From an archaeon (GTDB lineage: Archaea > Nanobdellota > Nanobdellia > Pacearchaeales > DTIR01), in NCBI GenBank assembly GCA_043808285.1, contig JAZDFA010000003.1:12085-76084 (forward strand): a stretch of 64,000 nucleotides of DNA, read 5' to 3'. A program made the translations under genes and the position numbers. This document shows positions 8,172 through 18,069 of this stretch, in pieces. Below the pieces are notes generated by a model. The model had not been told where the DNA came from. It ran no database searches and saw only the letters and a program-made list of their open reading frames with translations. Position 1 is the stretch's first letter, and every line of letters begins with the position of its first letter.

Positions 8172-8256
8172 GGGCCCATAGCTCAGCCTGGTAGAGCACT
8201 GCTCTGATAAATTTTCAGACAGGCAGGGGTCCACAGTTCAAGTCTGTGTGGGCCCA
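8172..8256 (+). tRNA. tRNA-Ile(GAU): tRNA-Ile (anticodon GAT) with an 11-nt intron at the canonical 37/38 position
   Basis: gggccca ta gctc agcctggta gagc a ctgct ctGATa[aattttcagac]a ggcag gggtc cacag ttcaagt ctgtg tgggccc a. Intron is about 8210-8220; its exact edge is ambiguous within the A run. Confidence 0.8.
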
Positions 8257-8272
8257 TTATCTATAATTTAAA

Positions 8273-8740
8273 ATGAGATATTCAAAATTGATTTATTCTT
8301 TGCCATTCAAGAAATCAACAAAAATTAAGATTTGTGATGCTCCATACCATAAAACCAGCAAATCTATGGAAAACTGCATTGATTTTTACATGCCAGAGGG
8401 AACCCCTATTCTTAGTGCAAAAGAGGGAATAGCTCTAGAAGTTGTAGACCAATACCATAAAAGTTATAAGAAGCCAGGTTTTGCAGCAAAATCAAATCTA
8501 ATATGTATAAATCACAAAAATAACGAGAGGTCTATTTATGTTCACTTAAAGCATGACTCTGCAAGAATAAAGGAAGGAGATTTGGTTAAAACAGGGCAGG
8601 TAATAGCATCTAGTGGGAAGACAGGTTATGCCACTTACCCCCACTTGCATTTTGGAGTATACAGCAATAAAGAAAACTTAAAGCCCAGATTAAAGGGGCT
8701 AAACTCCATAACATTTAAAAATCATAAAGCCTTTGAGTAG
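8273..8740 (+). CDS. M23 (LytM/lysostaphin-type) metallopeptidase domain protein
   Basis: CIDFYMPEGTPILSAKEG...GQVIASSGKTGYATYPHLHFGVY (HxH motif and upstream H...D). No obvious signal peptide. Confidence 0.75.
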   Translation: MRYSKLIYSLPFKKSTKIKICDAPYHKTSKSMENCIDFYMPEGTPILSAKEGIALEVVDQYHKSYKKPGFAAKSNLICINHKNNERSIYVHLKHDSARIKEGDLVKTGQVIASSGKTGYATYPHLHFGVYSNKENLKPRLKGLNSITFKNHKAFE

Positions 8741-8761
8741 TCGAAAGAAGAGGAGTAAAAG

Positions 8762-9349
8762 ATGAATGCGAAACAAGTGGCTTTTGTTGTTGGCACTGCA
8801 ATATTGTTTGCTATAGCTGTTGCATTGGCAGTAGATGCTTTGATGCCTCAGCCAAAATATGAGGGCTATTGCAAAAACCAACAATTTAATTCTTATCCAG
8901 AATTCGTAGGAAAACCAGAAGTATTGCAAAACTGTTCGATTAATTATTCCAGATATAACAGCATCGTAAATGAATGCAATCAACTGGGTGGGATGATAGT
9001 ATACAAATATGATGAAAATGGATGCAGCATTCCAGATAAATGCGATATGTGCAACAAGGAATTTCAAGATGCTACTAACAAATTTAATAAAAATGCTTTT
9101 TATATCATTTTCATAACTGGAATAGCTGCATTGCTCGCAGGATTAATGATAACAGATGTATTTGGGCCAGGATTAATGTTTGGCGGGATATTAACTTCAA
9201 TATACAGCATGATAAGATATTTCAGTGATCTTGACAAGACAATGAGATTCATTGTTGTGCTAGCAAGCTTTATCATAATCGTAATTGTAGGAAGAAAAAA
9301 GCTAAAGTCAAATGAAGAAAAGACAAAAGTTATAAAAAGAAAAAAATAA
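8762..9349 (+). CDS. Membrane protein with a Cys-containing extracytoplasmic domain
   Basis: N-terminal TM VAFVVGTAILFAIAVALAV, a Cys-containing middle domain, and two C-terminal TM helices. Confidence 0.55.
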   Translation: MNAKQVAFVVGTAILFAIAVALAVDALMPQPKYEGYCKNQQFNSYPEFVGKPEVLQNCSINYSRYNSIVNECNQLGGMIVYKYDENGCSIPDKCDMCNKEFQDATNKFNKNAFYIIFITGIAALLAGLMITDVFGPGLMFGGILTSIYSMIRYFSDLDKTMRFIVVLASFIIIVIVGRKKLKSNEEKTKVIKRKK

Positions 9350-9360
9350 GTGGTTTTCTT

Positions 9361-10434
9361 ATGAAAGGTTCAAATAGTGAAAAAGAAGTAATAAAACAAG
9401 TAGCAAAAATCCTTGTCGATTATTCCTGTGATATAAAAAGGGAAGATGTTGTTATAATTTCTGCTGATTTGCCTTCAAAACCCCTGATTGTTGAAATCTA
9501 TAAAAGAATTATCCAAAAGGGAGCATACCCTAGAATAAGCTGGAATGTGGAAGGATTTTCCCCAGTATATTATGATTATGCAAATGAACAACAATTAAAA
9601 AACTATCCTAAGATAACAGAATATGAATACAAAAATGCTGATGCTTTTATTTACATTTCTGCACCAATTGATAGAAATGAACTAAAAAAATGCAACACAA
9701 AAAAAATAATGTTAAGGCAAAAAGTGACCAAAAAGTTAAGCGAGATAAGGCTCAAAAAGAAATGGGTTATTTTTGACTGGCCTACTGAAGCGCTTGCGAA
9801 AGATGCCAAGATGAACATTGAGAATTATAAAAAATTTCTTTTCAATGCAACACTAATAAATTGGGAAAAAGAGAGTAAGAAATGGAACAAAATAGCTTCA
9901 TTTATCAATAAGTCAGATAAAGTGCAGATAATAGCAAAAAACACTGATTTGAAATTCTCAATAAAAAGAAGAAAAGCAATTGTGGGTGATGGGACATACA
10001 ACATGCCAGATGGAGAAGTTTTTACTGCAGTAGTAGAAAATAGTGTGAATGGAAAGATACAATTCACATACCCCCTTAGAGTTATGGGGCGGGTTATTTC
10101 AAATATTTATCTTGAATTTAAAGATGGAAAGGTTATAAAATTTGATTCTTCAAATAATAAAGCATTAAAAGAACTGCTTGATACTGATAAGGGTGCAAGG
10201 TATATTGGAGAATTTGCATTTGGAATGAATCCTAAGATAAACAAATTCACAGACAACCTGCTTCTTGATGAAAAAATAAGCGGCACAATCCATTTTGCAT
10301 TGGGTAGGGCTTATAAGGAATGCAAGGGGAAGAACAAATCTGCAGTTCATGCAGATATAGTTAAAAATATGCATGAAAGCAAAATATTCTTTGATGGGGA
10401 GCTTGCTTACTCCAATGGAAAATTTTTGATATAA
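9361..10434 (+). CDS. M29-family aminopeptidase (AmpS/PepS-like)
   Basis: GEFAFGMNPKINKFTDNLLLDEKISGTIHFALGRAY...SAVHADIV is typical of thermophilic metalloaminopeptidases. Confidence 0.75.
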   Translation: MKGSNSEKEVIKQVAKILVDYSCDIKREDVVIISADLPSKPLIVEIYKRIIQKGAYPRISWNVEGFSPVYYDYANEQQLKNYPKITEYEYKNADAFIYISAPIDRNELKKCNTKKIMLRQKVTKKLSEIRLKKKWVIFDWPTEALAKDAKMNIENYKKFLFNATLINWEKESKKWNKIASFINKSDKVQIIAKNTDLKFSIKRRKAIVGDGTYNMPDGEVFTAVVENSVNGKIQFTYPLRVMGRVISNIYLEFKDGKVIKFDSSNNKALKELLDTDKGARYIGEFAFGMNPKINKFTDNLLLDEKISGTIHFALGRAYKECKGKNKSAVHADIVKNMHESKIFFDGELAYSNGKFLI

Positions 10435-10438
10435 CAAA

Positions 10439-11632
10439 ATGAAAAGTGAATTCCACAAAACAGTGTTAAAGAACGGTCTGACTATCCTATTTGAAAAAAG
10501 GAATCTTCCAATAGTGAATATATTGTACTCTTCAAGATTTGGTAGTGCATATGAATCAGATAAACTAAAAGGTGTAGCACATTTAATTGAACACATGGTT
10601 TTCAAAGGAACAAAAAATAGGAATCAAAAAGAAATAGCCAAAGAAATAGAGGGTGTTGGAGGAGTAATAAACGCATTTACTGCCCAACAACAGACAACAT
10701 TCTGGGATCAATTGCCATCAAAATATTACACTAAAGGTTTTGAGATAATCTCAGATATAATGACCTCTCCATTATTTGATAAAAAAGAATTGGAGAAAGA
10801 AAAGAAAGTTGTTTTTGAAGAACAAAAGAGATGGAGGGATTTGCCAGAGCATTATATCTTCCTTAAAATTAGAGGTCTTCTTTACAACAACCCTTTTGGA
10901 TCTTCTCCTTTAGGCACATCAAAAACATTAACTGAAATGGATAGCAAAACTATTCTAGATTTCCATCAAAATAATCTTTCAAGAGGTATACTAACTGTAG
11001 TGGGAAATGCAAATTTTGAAGAGATAATAAATAATGCAGAAGCAAAACTAAAACAAACAAATGTTAAAATCTCGTTGCCTGAGATAATGAGAAAAAATGG
11101 TAGTTCAATTGAGAATCGAGAAGGGCTAAATCAAACGCATATAGCATTAGGAATGCATATGCCCTCACTATCTCAAAAAGATAGGTATGCTGCAGAGATA
11201 ATAAGCAATATTCTTGGAGGTGGGATGTCTTCAAGATTATGGCAAGAAATAAGAGAAAGAAGAAGTATGGCTTATTCAGTTAATGCAGCAATAGAACAAG
11301 AGAAAGATTATGGGCATATGATTATCTATGCTGGCATCGAAAATAGCAAATTAAAGGATGCAAAAGAAATAATACTAAAAGAAATAAAAAAATTGCAGCA
11401 ATTGAATCGAAAAGATATTGAGGAATCAAAAGAACAGCTGATAGGTAATTTCTTGTTACATATAGAAAGTGGAGTAAATGTCGCACAAAACCTTGTGCTC
11501 AATGAGATTGCTGGAGATGCGGAAGAATTTTACAATTACGATGAGAGAATATCAAAAGTAAGTCTAGAAGATGTAAAAAGAATCTCAGATATAAAAGACT
11601 ATTCATTCGCTGCTTTGGTGCCAATGACATAA
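10439..11632 (+). CDS. M16-family (pitrilysin/insulinase-like) zinc peptidase
   Basis: Inverted zinc motif HLIEHMVFKGT (HxxEH) at the N-terminus. 397 aa. Confidence 0.85.
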   Translation: MKSEFHKTVLKNGLTILFEKRNLPIVNILYSSRFGSAYESDKLKGVAHLIEHMVFKGTKNRNQKEIAKEIEGVGGVINAFTAQQQTTFWDQLPSKYYTKGFEIISDIMTSPLFDKKELEKEKKVVFEEQKRWRDLPEHYIFLKIRGLLYNNPFGSSPLGTSKTLTEMDSKTILDFHQNNLSRGILTVVGNANFEEIINNAEAKLKQTNVKISLPEIMRKNGSSIENREGLNQTHIALGMHMPSLSQKDRYAAEIISNILGGGMSSRLWQEIRERRSMAYSVNAAIEQEKDYGHMIIYAGIENSKLKDAKEIILKEIKKLQQLNRKDIEESKEQLIGNFLLHIESGVNVAQNLVLNEIAGDAEEFYNYDERISKVSLEDVKRISDIKDYSFAALVPMT

Positions 11633-11636
11633 AAAA

Positions 11637-12440
11637 ATGCCAAATTCAAAAAAAACAATAGAGTATAACCCTAAGAAAAAAAGCAGAGTATCGAATTCAT
11701 TAGTTGTTCTAATAATTATTCTATCGATATTTAATATCCTCATGTTCGCATATGATATTTCTTTTAATAAAAAAAGTGAGGATAAAATAATAATAACCCA
11801 AACAAAAATTCCAGATTTTGTTTCAATGAATAATATCACCGTAGTATCTATGAAAGTTCCAGCAGTAGATGATAAAAACAATGGGATGTCCACTTTATTA
11901 ATGGTTGAAGCTATGCCAGGAACTGGAAGAACACTTGTTGACATAGATAATTTGCTGTTCTGGGCAGATACTCAACAAAGCATAAGGACTGCAAGAAAAG
12001 TTGCAGCAAATATAACTGGTTTAGATATAAACAGTTATGATTTGATTTATAGCATACAAGCAAATGCAACAGTTATAGGAGGAGAAAGCGCAGGAGCGGC
12101 AATAACTATCACAACAATAGCTGCATTGGAAAAAAAGAGGATTAATGAAAGTGTAATGATTACTGGAACAATAAATCATGATGGGACCATTGGTCCAATA
12201 TCAGAGATCCTATCAAAAGCGAAAGCTGCTAAAAGAACTGGCGCTGAATTATTCTTAGTGCCATTATTGCAAAGCAGAGATGCTGTTTATGAGACTTCTC
12301 AACATTGTGAAAAATTTGGAGCAAGCGATGTGTGCACTATAGAACAAGTGCCAAGAAAAATCTCTGTAAATGAAGAAGCTGGAATAACCCTATACGAAGT
12401 TTCTTCAGTTAGGGAAGCAATAAAATATATGATTTATTAA
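11637..12440 (+). CDS. Membrane-anchored Lon-like (S16) protease domain protein
   Basis: N-terminal TM LVVLIIILSIFNILMFAY. Lon proteolytic-domain pattern GGESAGAAITITTIAALEKKRINESVMITGTINHDGTIGPISEILSKAKAAKRTGAELFLVP. Confidence 0.75.
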   Translation: MPNSKKTIEYNPKKKSRVSNSLVVLIIILSIFNILMFAYDISFNKKSEDKIIITQTKIPDFVSMNNITVVSMKVPAVDDKNNGMSTLLMVEAMPGTGRTLVDIDNLLFWADTQQSIRTARKVAANITGLDINSYDLIYSIQANATVIGGESAGAAITITTIAALEKKRINESVMITGTINHDGTIGPISEILSKAKAAKRTGAELFLVPLLQSRDAVYETSQHCEKFGASDVCTIEQVPRKISVNEEAGITLYEVSSVREAIKYMIY

Positions 12441-13315
12441 AGCATAGAAGCGCCTATAACCCCTGCCTCATCAACTTCTAGTTCTGATGGCACAACTTTA
12501 ATATTTTGAGTCATTACTCTAAATCCCCTCTTCTTCATCTCTTTTATTGCAGATGGAAGAAAAAGCTTCCATGCTCTTCCTACCCCGCCACCAATTACAA
12601 TCATCTCTGGATTGAATATGTTAACATAACTTGCAAATCCTATTCCCAGATAAGTTCCAAATTCTTCATGCAGTTTTATTGCTTTTTTATCTCCCTTTTC
12701 AGCCATCCTCTGCAATTCTAGGGGCTTGATTTTTTTCCCAAAGTATTTCTTTGAAAGTCTTTCTATGCCCCTACCAGAACAATATTCTTCAAGACAACCC
12801 GTATTTCCACAGCTGCATTTATGACCTTTGTAATCTATCACCATATGCCCCAGCTCCCCAGCATAATCAACACCATGATATATCTTGCCGTCAATTATTA
12901 TTCCTCCCCCAAGACCGGTTCCCAATGTAAAGCAAAGCAAATTCTTGCAGTTGAAATAAACACTCTCTGCTAATGCAGCGCATTTTGCATCATTTTCAAC
13001 AACCACTGGTATCCCGCTAGCAACTTCTAATATATCTTTAACAGGAAAATCCTTGAGGCATTTTATGTTGGGGGCTACTTTTAATATTCCTTTTTCATGG
13101 TCTATAGGTCCTGGCAGCCCTATGCCTATTTTTTCTATGTCTTTCTTGTCTATTCCTTCTGAAACAGAGGATATAACATTTAAGAGATTCGTAACTATCC
13201 TTTGCTTCCCCTTTTCCTGCTCTGTCGGTATCTTTATCTTTTTTTGTATAATCCCATTTTTTAGAAGACCTGCAGAAATTTTTGTACCGCCAGCATCAAT
13301 ACCTATAGAATACAT
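12437..13315 (-). CDS. glk: ROK-family glucokinase
   Basis: IGIDAGGTKISAGLL, ENDAKCAALAE, and the ROK zinc motif GHMVIDYKGHKCSCGNTGCLEEYCSG. Confidence 0.85.
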   Translation of the reverse strand: MYSIGIDAGGTKISAGLLKNGIIQKKIKIPTEQEKGKQRIVTNLLNVISSVSEGIDKKDIEKIGIGLPGPIDHEKGILKVAPNIKCLKDFPVKDILEVASGIPVVVENDAKCAALAESVYFNCKNLLCFTLGTGLGGGIIIDGKIYHGVDYAGELGHMVIDYKGHKCSCGNTGCLEEYCSGRGIERLSKKYFGKKIKPLELQRMAEKGDKKAIKLHEEFGTYLGIGFASYVNIFNPEMIVIGGGVGRAWKLFLPSAIKEMKKRGFRVMTQNIKVVPSELEVDEAGVIGASML

Positions 13316-13316
13316 T

Positions 13317-13796
13317 CTAGTAAAACCTCTTTTTGAAACCCTCTTTTTCTATCTTCTTGTAATCATGACCTGAATTAGAGGTGTAAATATTTAGCACTTC
13401 CAAGTCTTTATCTCCCGTATTTATAGTCCTATGGGCGTATCCTTCAGGAATTTCATAGAATCTGCCTTTTTTCATTTCTATTTTCTTAAAATCATTGCCT
13501 TTTTGTAAAATTATTATCCCTTTTCCTTTAATAGGATAATAAACCTCAGAAGCAGAAATACTATGGTAATGCCCTTTAGTCATATTAAACTCCTTATTTA
13601 CATCTCCTAGCTTAATTATTGTTATTGCATAGCTTAAATGTTCCCTTTCAATAACTAGAACTCTGTAAATCTCTTTATTTAATGGATAGCCTGAAATATC
13701 CTTAAAAAAATTCTGCATATCTTTTACTTTTGTTATATGCACTTCCCCTTTTTTTCTTATCTCTTTTATAAGCATGATATTAATCAGAATGGTCAC
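13317..13796 (-). CDS. pgi: Cupin-type glucose-6-phosphate isomerase (cPGI)
   Basis: FNMTKGHYHS...SEVYYPIKGKG...GYAHRTINTGD...SGHDYKKIEKEGF matches the Thermococcales cupin-PGI signature (TKGHFH, AHRTVN, GHDY). Confidence 0.85.
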   Translation of the reverse strand: MTILINIMLIKEIRKKGEVHITKVKDMQNFFKDISGYPLNKEIYRVLVIEREHLSYAITIIKLGDVNKEFNMTKGHYHSISASEVYYPIKGKGIIILQKGNDFKKIEMKKGRFYEIPEGYAHRTINTGDKDLEVLNIYTSNSGHDYKKIEKEGFKKRFY

Positions 13797-13818
13797 TTTA
13801 AAAATTTAATCAAGTTCT

Positions 13819-14373
13819 CTAAAGGCTCATAATTTTCATCATATAATCTGGAATCTTGCCAGGAATCTTACCATTTGAGAAGATGCTCATTGCAGCATCA
13901 AAATCTTTATCTTTTTTGTGGTATTGATTTATAATTTTTGGGTCAAAATCATACCTCTTTAACGCATATATTGCCCCCATTTCTGCCCTCACTTCAGGGT
14001 CGGGTATCCTATGAAGATGCACTAGTGTGTTAAATTCTGTCAATATCTTTTTTTCAAGAAGATCCAATCTGCCCATATTATCCAATGCGTGTGTTTCTTC
14101 ATGAGCCCTTACCTCGATGTTCAAAGGAGGCATATCTGTATTAATATAATAGATATGGCTATGGACGGAATGATTCTTGACAAATGTCATGCAACGTCCT
14201 AATATCTCCATTCTTCTAAGCTCTTCTGGCAATTTCCTAGGAGGTACTTCATAATAAGCATCCAGTTTTTTTGTATGCTCTTCTATATCATCTACAAATC
14301 CGTCATCTTTAAATTCCATAGATGGGAGTAATTCCACATTTATCCCCAATGTTTGAAGTCTAGCTTTATTCAT
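13819..14373 (-). CDS. Hypothetical protein with an HExxH motif (AHEETHAL)
   Basis: 184-aa ORF embedded in the glycolysis block. The only motif seen is HEETH, and no family was recognised. Confidence 0.5.
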   Translation of the reverse strand: MNKARLQTLGINVELLPSMEFKDDGFVDDIEEHTKKLDAYYEVPPRKLPEELRRMEILGRCMTFVKNHSVHSHIYYINTDMPPLNIEVRAHEETHALDNMGRLDLLEKKILTEFNTLVHLHRIPDPEVRAEMGAIYALKRYDFDPKIINQYHKKDKDFDAAMSIFSNGKIPGKIPDYMMKIMSL

Positions 14374-14437
14374 TACTTACAAGGGAAGTAGAGATTTATA
14401 AACCTTTCTTAATTTCACTACTATATAGAAATAACAG

Positions 14438-15118
14438 TTAAAAATCAACTAGTTCGTAAACCTTCTTTTTTTGGTTTGATGCCTTTGTTATTGCAGAAGA
14501 CAATCCCACCCCATCACATCCTAATTGAAGTGCGAGCTCAATATCTCCTTTGGTGGAAATTCCTGCACCGCATAATCCAATTATCTTTGTTTTTTTCTTT
14601 TTGTTATATGATTTTACAATATCTGCAAATTTCTTGACGGAATTTGGCTCTATTTTTGTGATGCTTTTTGAGCTAGATACTAATTTAGGGTCTTCATACA
14701 TTATGCAATAAGGATTTAATTCCAATATTTTTGCAGCCTCATTTACTGAAGCAGCGCATGCAACAACCTTGAGATTTGCATCATTGCATCTTTCTATTGT
14801 TTTCCTTAGAACACTGAAAGTAATCCTATGTTCTGAATGATTAAGAAGTGTGCCTGATGCACCTTCTTGCCTTACATCTTCAGGTATTATGAATCCTGTG
14901 CTTCTCTCCTGTTGAAAGTAATCAACATGCTGAGCAAATACAGGCAATGAAGTATTACATGAAACTATCTTTATGTCTGCTGTCTGGGGGCATAAAATAA
15001 ATTTTGTTCCTGTTTTTTTTGATGCTTGAGAAAATATTGCTGCTAACTTAACAGCATTTATTCCAGAGGACTGCTTGTACGTCTTAAAATTTACTAGAAT
15101 TATGGGCTTCATTTCCAT
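14438..15118 (-). CDS. tpiA: Triosephosphate isomerase (short archaeal type)
   Basis: PIILVNFKTY, LLNHSEHR, GAGISTKGD. 226 aa is typical of archaeal TIM. Confidence 0.9.
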   Translation of the reverse strand: MEMKPIILVNFKTYKQSSGINAVKLAAIFSQASKKTGTKFILCPQTADIKIVSCNTSLPVFAQHVDYFQQERSTGFIIPEDVRQEGASGTLLNHSEHRITFSVLRKTIERCNDANLKVVACAASVNEAAKILELNPYCIMYEDPKLVSSSKSITKIEPNSVKKFADIVKSYNKKKKTKIIGLCGAGISTKGDIELALQLGCDGVGLSSAITKASNQKKKVYELVDF

Positions 15119-15858
15119 ATAACTGATTTTAATTTATTTGTTATTTCCAAAGGAGAAGAATTCTGCCATATGTTCCGGCCTATAGCCAGCCCACAAGCTC
15201 CAGCATCAATTATTTCTCTTGCTGCACCCATTAATTTTGATTCATCTTCCTTCAACCCACCAGCAATCACTACTTTTGTTTCTCCTGCATTCTTTATCAC
15301 CCATTTCAAATCATCAGGATTATGATTATATTTCATTTTTATCATGTCTGCTCCAAGCTCCAATCCAATTCTTGCGGCGTATGCAAGAGTATTCCTCTCT
15401 AACTCATCTTTTACTGCCTCCCCCCGAGGATACATCCAGGCAATAACCGGAATGCCTTTTTGATGTGCCTCCTCTTCTATCTTTTCAAATTCCCTAAACA
15501 TCTCAGATTCATGTGCGCTTCCAACATAAATTGTATAACCTACTGCTTTAGCACCAATTTTTATGGCCTCTTTAACACTGCATAATTGCGGTGCAATTGG
15601 GTCTCCCTTAACAAAATTTGTTTTCCCGTTTAGTTTTAGTATCAATGGGACGCTTGAATACGCTTTTGTATAATACTTCTCTGCTATGCCTTTTTGCAAT
15701 ACCAATCCATTGAACTTTCCATTTTTTGCTATATCCAGTATATATTTTGGGTCAACATTCTTGTCATCAAAATCAGAAGGGCCATGCTCCAATCCCTGAT
15801 CATATGCAAGGATTATTGTCTTGCCATCTTTCATTATTGAATTAATATTCACTTTCAT
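15109..15858 (-). CDS. fba: Class I fructose-bisphosphate aldolase (archaeal DhnA/FbaB type)
   Basis: ILAYDQGLEHGPSDF...PLILKLNGKT...ADMIKMKY (Schiff-base Lys region). 249 aa. Confidence 0.8.
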   Translation of the reverse strand: MKVNINSIMKDGKTIILAYDQGLEHGPSDFDDKNVDPKYILDIAKNGKFNGLVLQKGIAEKYYTKAYSSVPLILKLNGKTNFVKGDPIAPQLCSVKEAIKIGAKAVGYTIYVGSAHESEMFREFEKIEEEAHQKGIPVIAWMYPRGEAVKDELERNTLAYAARIGLELGADMIKMKYNHNPDDLKWVIKNAGETKVVIAGGLKEDESKLMGAAREIIDAGACGLAIGRNIWQNSSPLEITNKLKSVIWK

Positions 15859-15861
15859 TTT

Positions 15862-16851
15862 TTATATGGATTCTAATTTTATTTTGAAAGGTCTTTTTTT
15901 GATAGATTGTATTGCCTGATTCCAGGTCAGAAGGATATTTTTTGCGCCAAGATAAGTTATCACAGACTCTGCATTTGCCCCTGCAATCTGGAGTGAAGTC
16001 TCTGTATCCTCTCCCCTTATTATAGCTCCAACAAATGCTGATGCAAAAGAATCTCCTGCCCCTGTTCTTTCAATGACTTTGATATCATGAGTATTAAGAT
16101 AACAGAATTTTCTTTCATGAGTATTAAGACAATATGCACCCTTGTCCTCATCAGTTATGCACACTATCCTTGGTCCAAATTTTGAGATAGATAATGTAAG
16201 ATCCTTTACAGCAATATTGCAATCTCTTTTCAAACCTAAAAGCAATTTTGCCTCCTCCTTATTCAAAACAAGAATCTCAGTAATTTTTATCAGGTCTCTA
16301 ATAGATCCTATACCATTTGTTACCTGATACTCGCTTGGATTGTATGCTATCTTTATCCCTTTTGAATAAGCTTTTTTTGCTAATTTTTTTTGGGTTTGAA
16401 AAGATTTTCTTAACATGGAAGAAAGATAAATCCATTTAGTATTGAAATTGAATTTTACTTCGCTTGGATCAAGTTCATCATTAACTCCCTTATAGACAAG
16501 GATAGTCCTATTGTGCTCATGGCTATCCAATACCACTGAGATGCTTCCTTTCATTCCTTTCTCAATATTGCCAAGGAAAGTCACACCCTCTCTCTTTAAT
16601 TCCTCCAGTATATGCCACGAACTCAAATCATCTGTAAGATTCCCAATATACCCTGTTTTTAGGCCAAGCCTAGAAAAGCTTACTGCAGTATTTGTGCCTC
16701 CACCTCCCGTAAAAAAATTAATATCCTTAACAAGAATCTTAGAACCTGCAAGATATCCTATGAAATGCTTTTTCTTTTTTATTATCTCTTTAAGCTCTGT
16801 ATCAACAAATATATCTTGTGCTGCAGAACCAACAGATACTATATCAAACAT
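15862..16851 (-). CDS. PfkB-family sugar kinase (possible ATP-phosphofructokinase, given its context)
   Basis: GGGGTNTAVSFSRLG and the PfkB signature TGAGDSFASAFVGA. Substrate cannot be read from the sequence. Confidence 0.8.
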   Translation of the reverse strand: MFDIVSVGSAAQDIFVDTELKEIIKKKKHFIGYLAGSKILVKDINFFTGGGGTNTAVSFSRLGLKTGYIGNLTDDLSSWHILEELKREGVTFLGNIEKGMKGSISVVLDSHEHNRTILVYKGVNDELDPSEVKFNFNTKWIYLSSMLRKSFQTQKKLAKKAYSKGIKIAYNPSEYQVTNGIGSIRDLIKITEILVLNKEEAKLLLGLKRDCNIAVKDLTLSISKFGPRIVCITDEDKGAYCLNTHERKFCYLNTHDIKVIERTGAGDSFASAFVGAIIRGEDTETSLQIAGANAESVITYLGAKNILLTWNQAIQSIKKRPFKIKLESI

Positions 16852-16887
16852 TTTTTCACCTCTGATTAAAAACCGTATTTAAGGTAT

Positions 16888-18069
16888 TTATTTCTTTCTT
16901 AATGCTTCAAGTCCTGGCAGCTTTTTTCCTGCCAAGTATTCCGCCATGGCACCACCTGAAAGACTTATATAATTAAACTTAGTCTTGGAAATTTTTGCAA
17001 GAGTTATTGCCGCAGTAGTATCCCCTCCCCCCGCAACTGAAAAAGCAGAAGACGGAATTGAATTAAATATGCTTTTTGTGCCTTTTCTAAACTGTTCTTC
17101 CAGATAATAACCAACAGGTCCTTTGAAAAAAATTATTTTATATTTTTTTATTATTGAAGTGTACCTTTTTATAGTATCAGTTCCAATATCAAATATCTCA
17201 TCTTTTTGTGGAAAATCTTCAATTTTAACTTCTCTCCTTTTTCCATCTGTATTTACTGCAACATCCAAAGGAATTTCAATTCTATTCTTATGAGAAGAAA
17301 TAATTTTTTTTAGTTTTGGAACAAAACCAATCAAACCTTTCTTTTCTAGAAATGCATTTTGGGCGCCTAAGTTTATTCCAGAAGCAATAAGACAAAGCTG
17401 GCCTAACAAACCAGCAACAATAACTTTATTTGTCCTGTTCTTTAAACATTGCCTCATTAATTCAAAATTATCTTCTATTTTTGCCCCAGCCAGTACATAA
17501 AGCACATTGTTAAATTCTCTTACCTTGCTTAACGCACTAAACTCTCTTTCTGCACTCCTTCCAAGACAGCTGGGAAGAACCTTAGCAAAACCAGTAACAG
17601 ATGTTTGGCAACGATGCATCACTGAAAAGGCATCTGATACGAAAATATCAAAATAATGAGATAAGTTATGTACAAAATTATTCTTCTCTGTTCCATCTTT
17701 CTCTTCTTGGAGAAATCTTACATTTTCCAAAAGTAATGCTTCCCCCATTTTTAAATTTTTTATCGAGTCTATTGCTTTATTGCCTATTATATCCTCAATA
17801 AATTTTACTTTGATAAATTTATTAAGAAGTTTTGCATGTTGTTTAAGACTGATAAAATCATCCTCTCCTTCCCTTCCCTGGTGGGCAAGGATTACTACTT
17901 TTGCTTCTTTTTTGCATAATTCTTTGATTGTTTTGGCATGTTCTATTATTCTTTGAGATAATTCAACTTTGCCTTTTATAACTGGAGAATTTAAATCTAC
18001 CCTAATTAGAACTCTCTTTCCCTTAAGGCTAAAATCATCAAGAGTAAAAAATTCTTTCATTTTAGCCAA
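16888..18069 (-). CDS. pgk: Phosphoglycerate kinase
   Basis: RVDLNSPV, ILAHQGR, and C-terminal SLSGGAMAEYLAGKKLPGLEAL. 393 aa. Confidence 0.9.
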   Translation of the reverse strand: MAKMKEFFTLDDFSLKGKRVLIRVDLNSPVIKGKVELSQRIIEHAKTIKELCKKEAKVVILAHQGREGEDDFISLKQHAKLLNKFIKVKFIEDIIGNKAIDSIKNLKMGEALLLENVRFLQEEKDGTEKNNFVHNLSHYFDIFVSDAFSVMHRCQTSVTGFAKVLPSCLGRSAEREFSALSKVREFNNVLYVLAGAKIEDNFELMRQCLKNRTNKVIVAGLLGQLCLIASGINLGAQNAFLEKKGLIGFVPKLKKIISSHKNRIEIPLDVAVNTDGKRREVKIEDFPQKDEIFDIGTDTIKRYTSIIKKYKIIFFKGPVGYYLEEQFRKGTKSIFNSIPSSAFSVAGGGDTTAAITLAKISKTKFNYISLSGGAMAEYLAGKKLPGLEALRKK

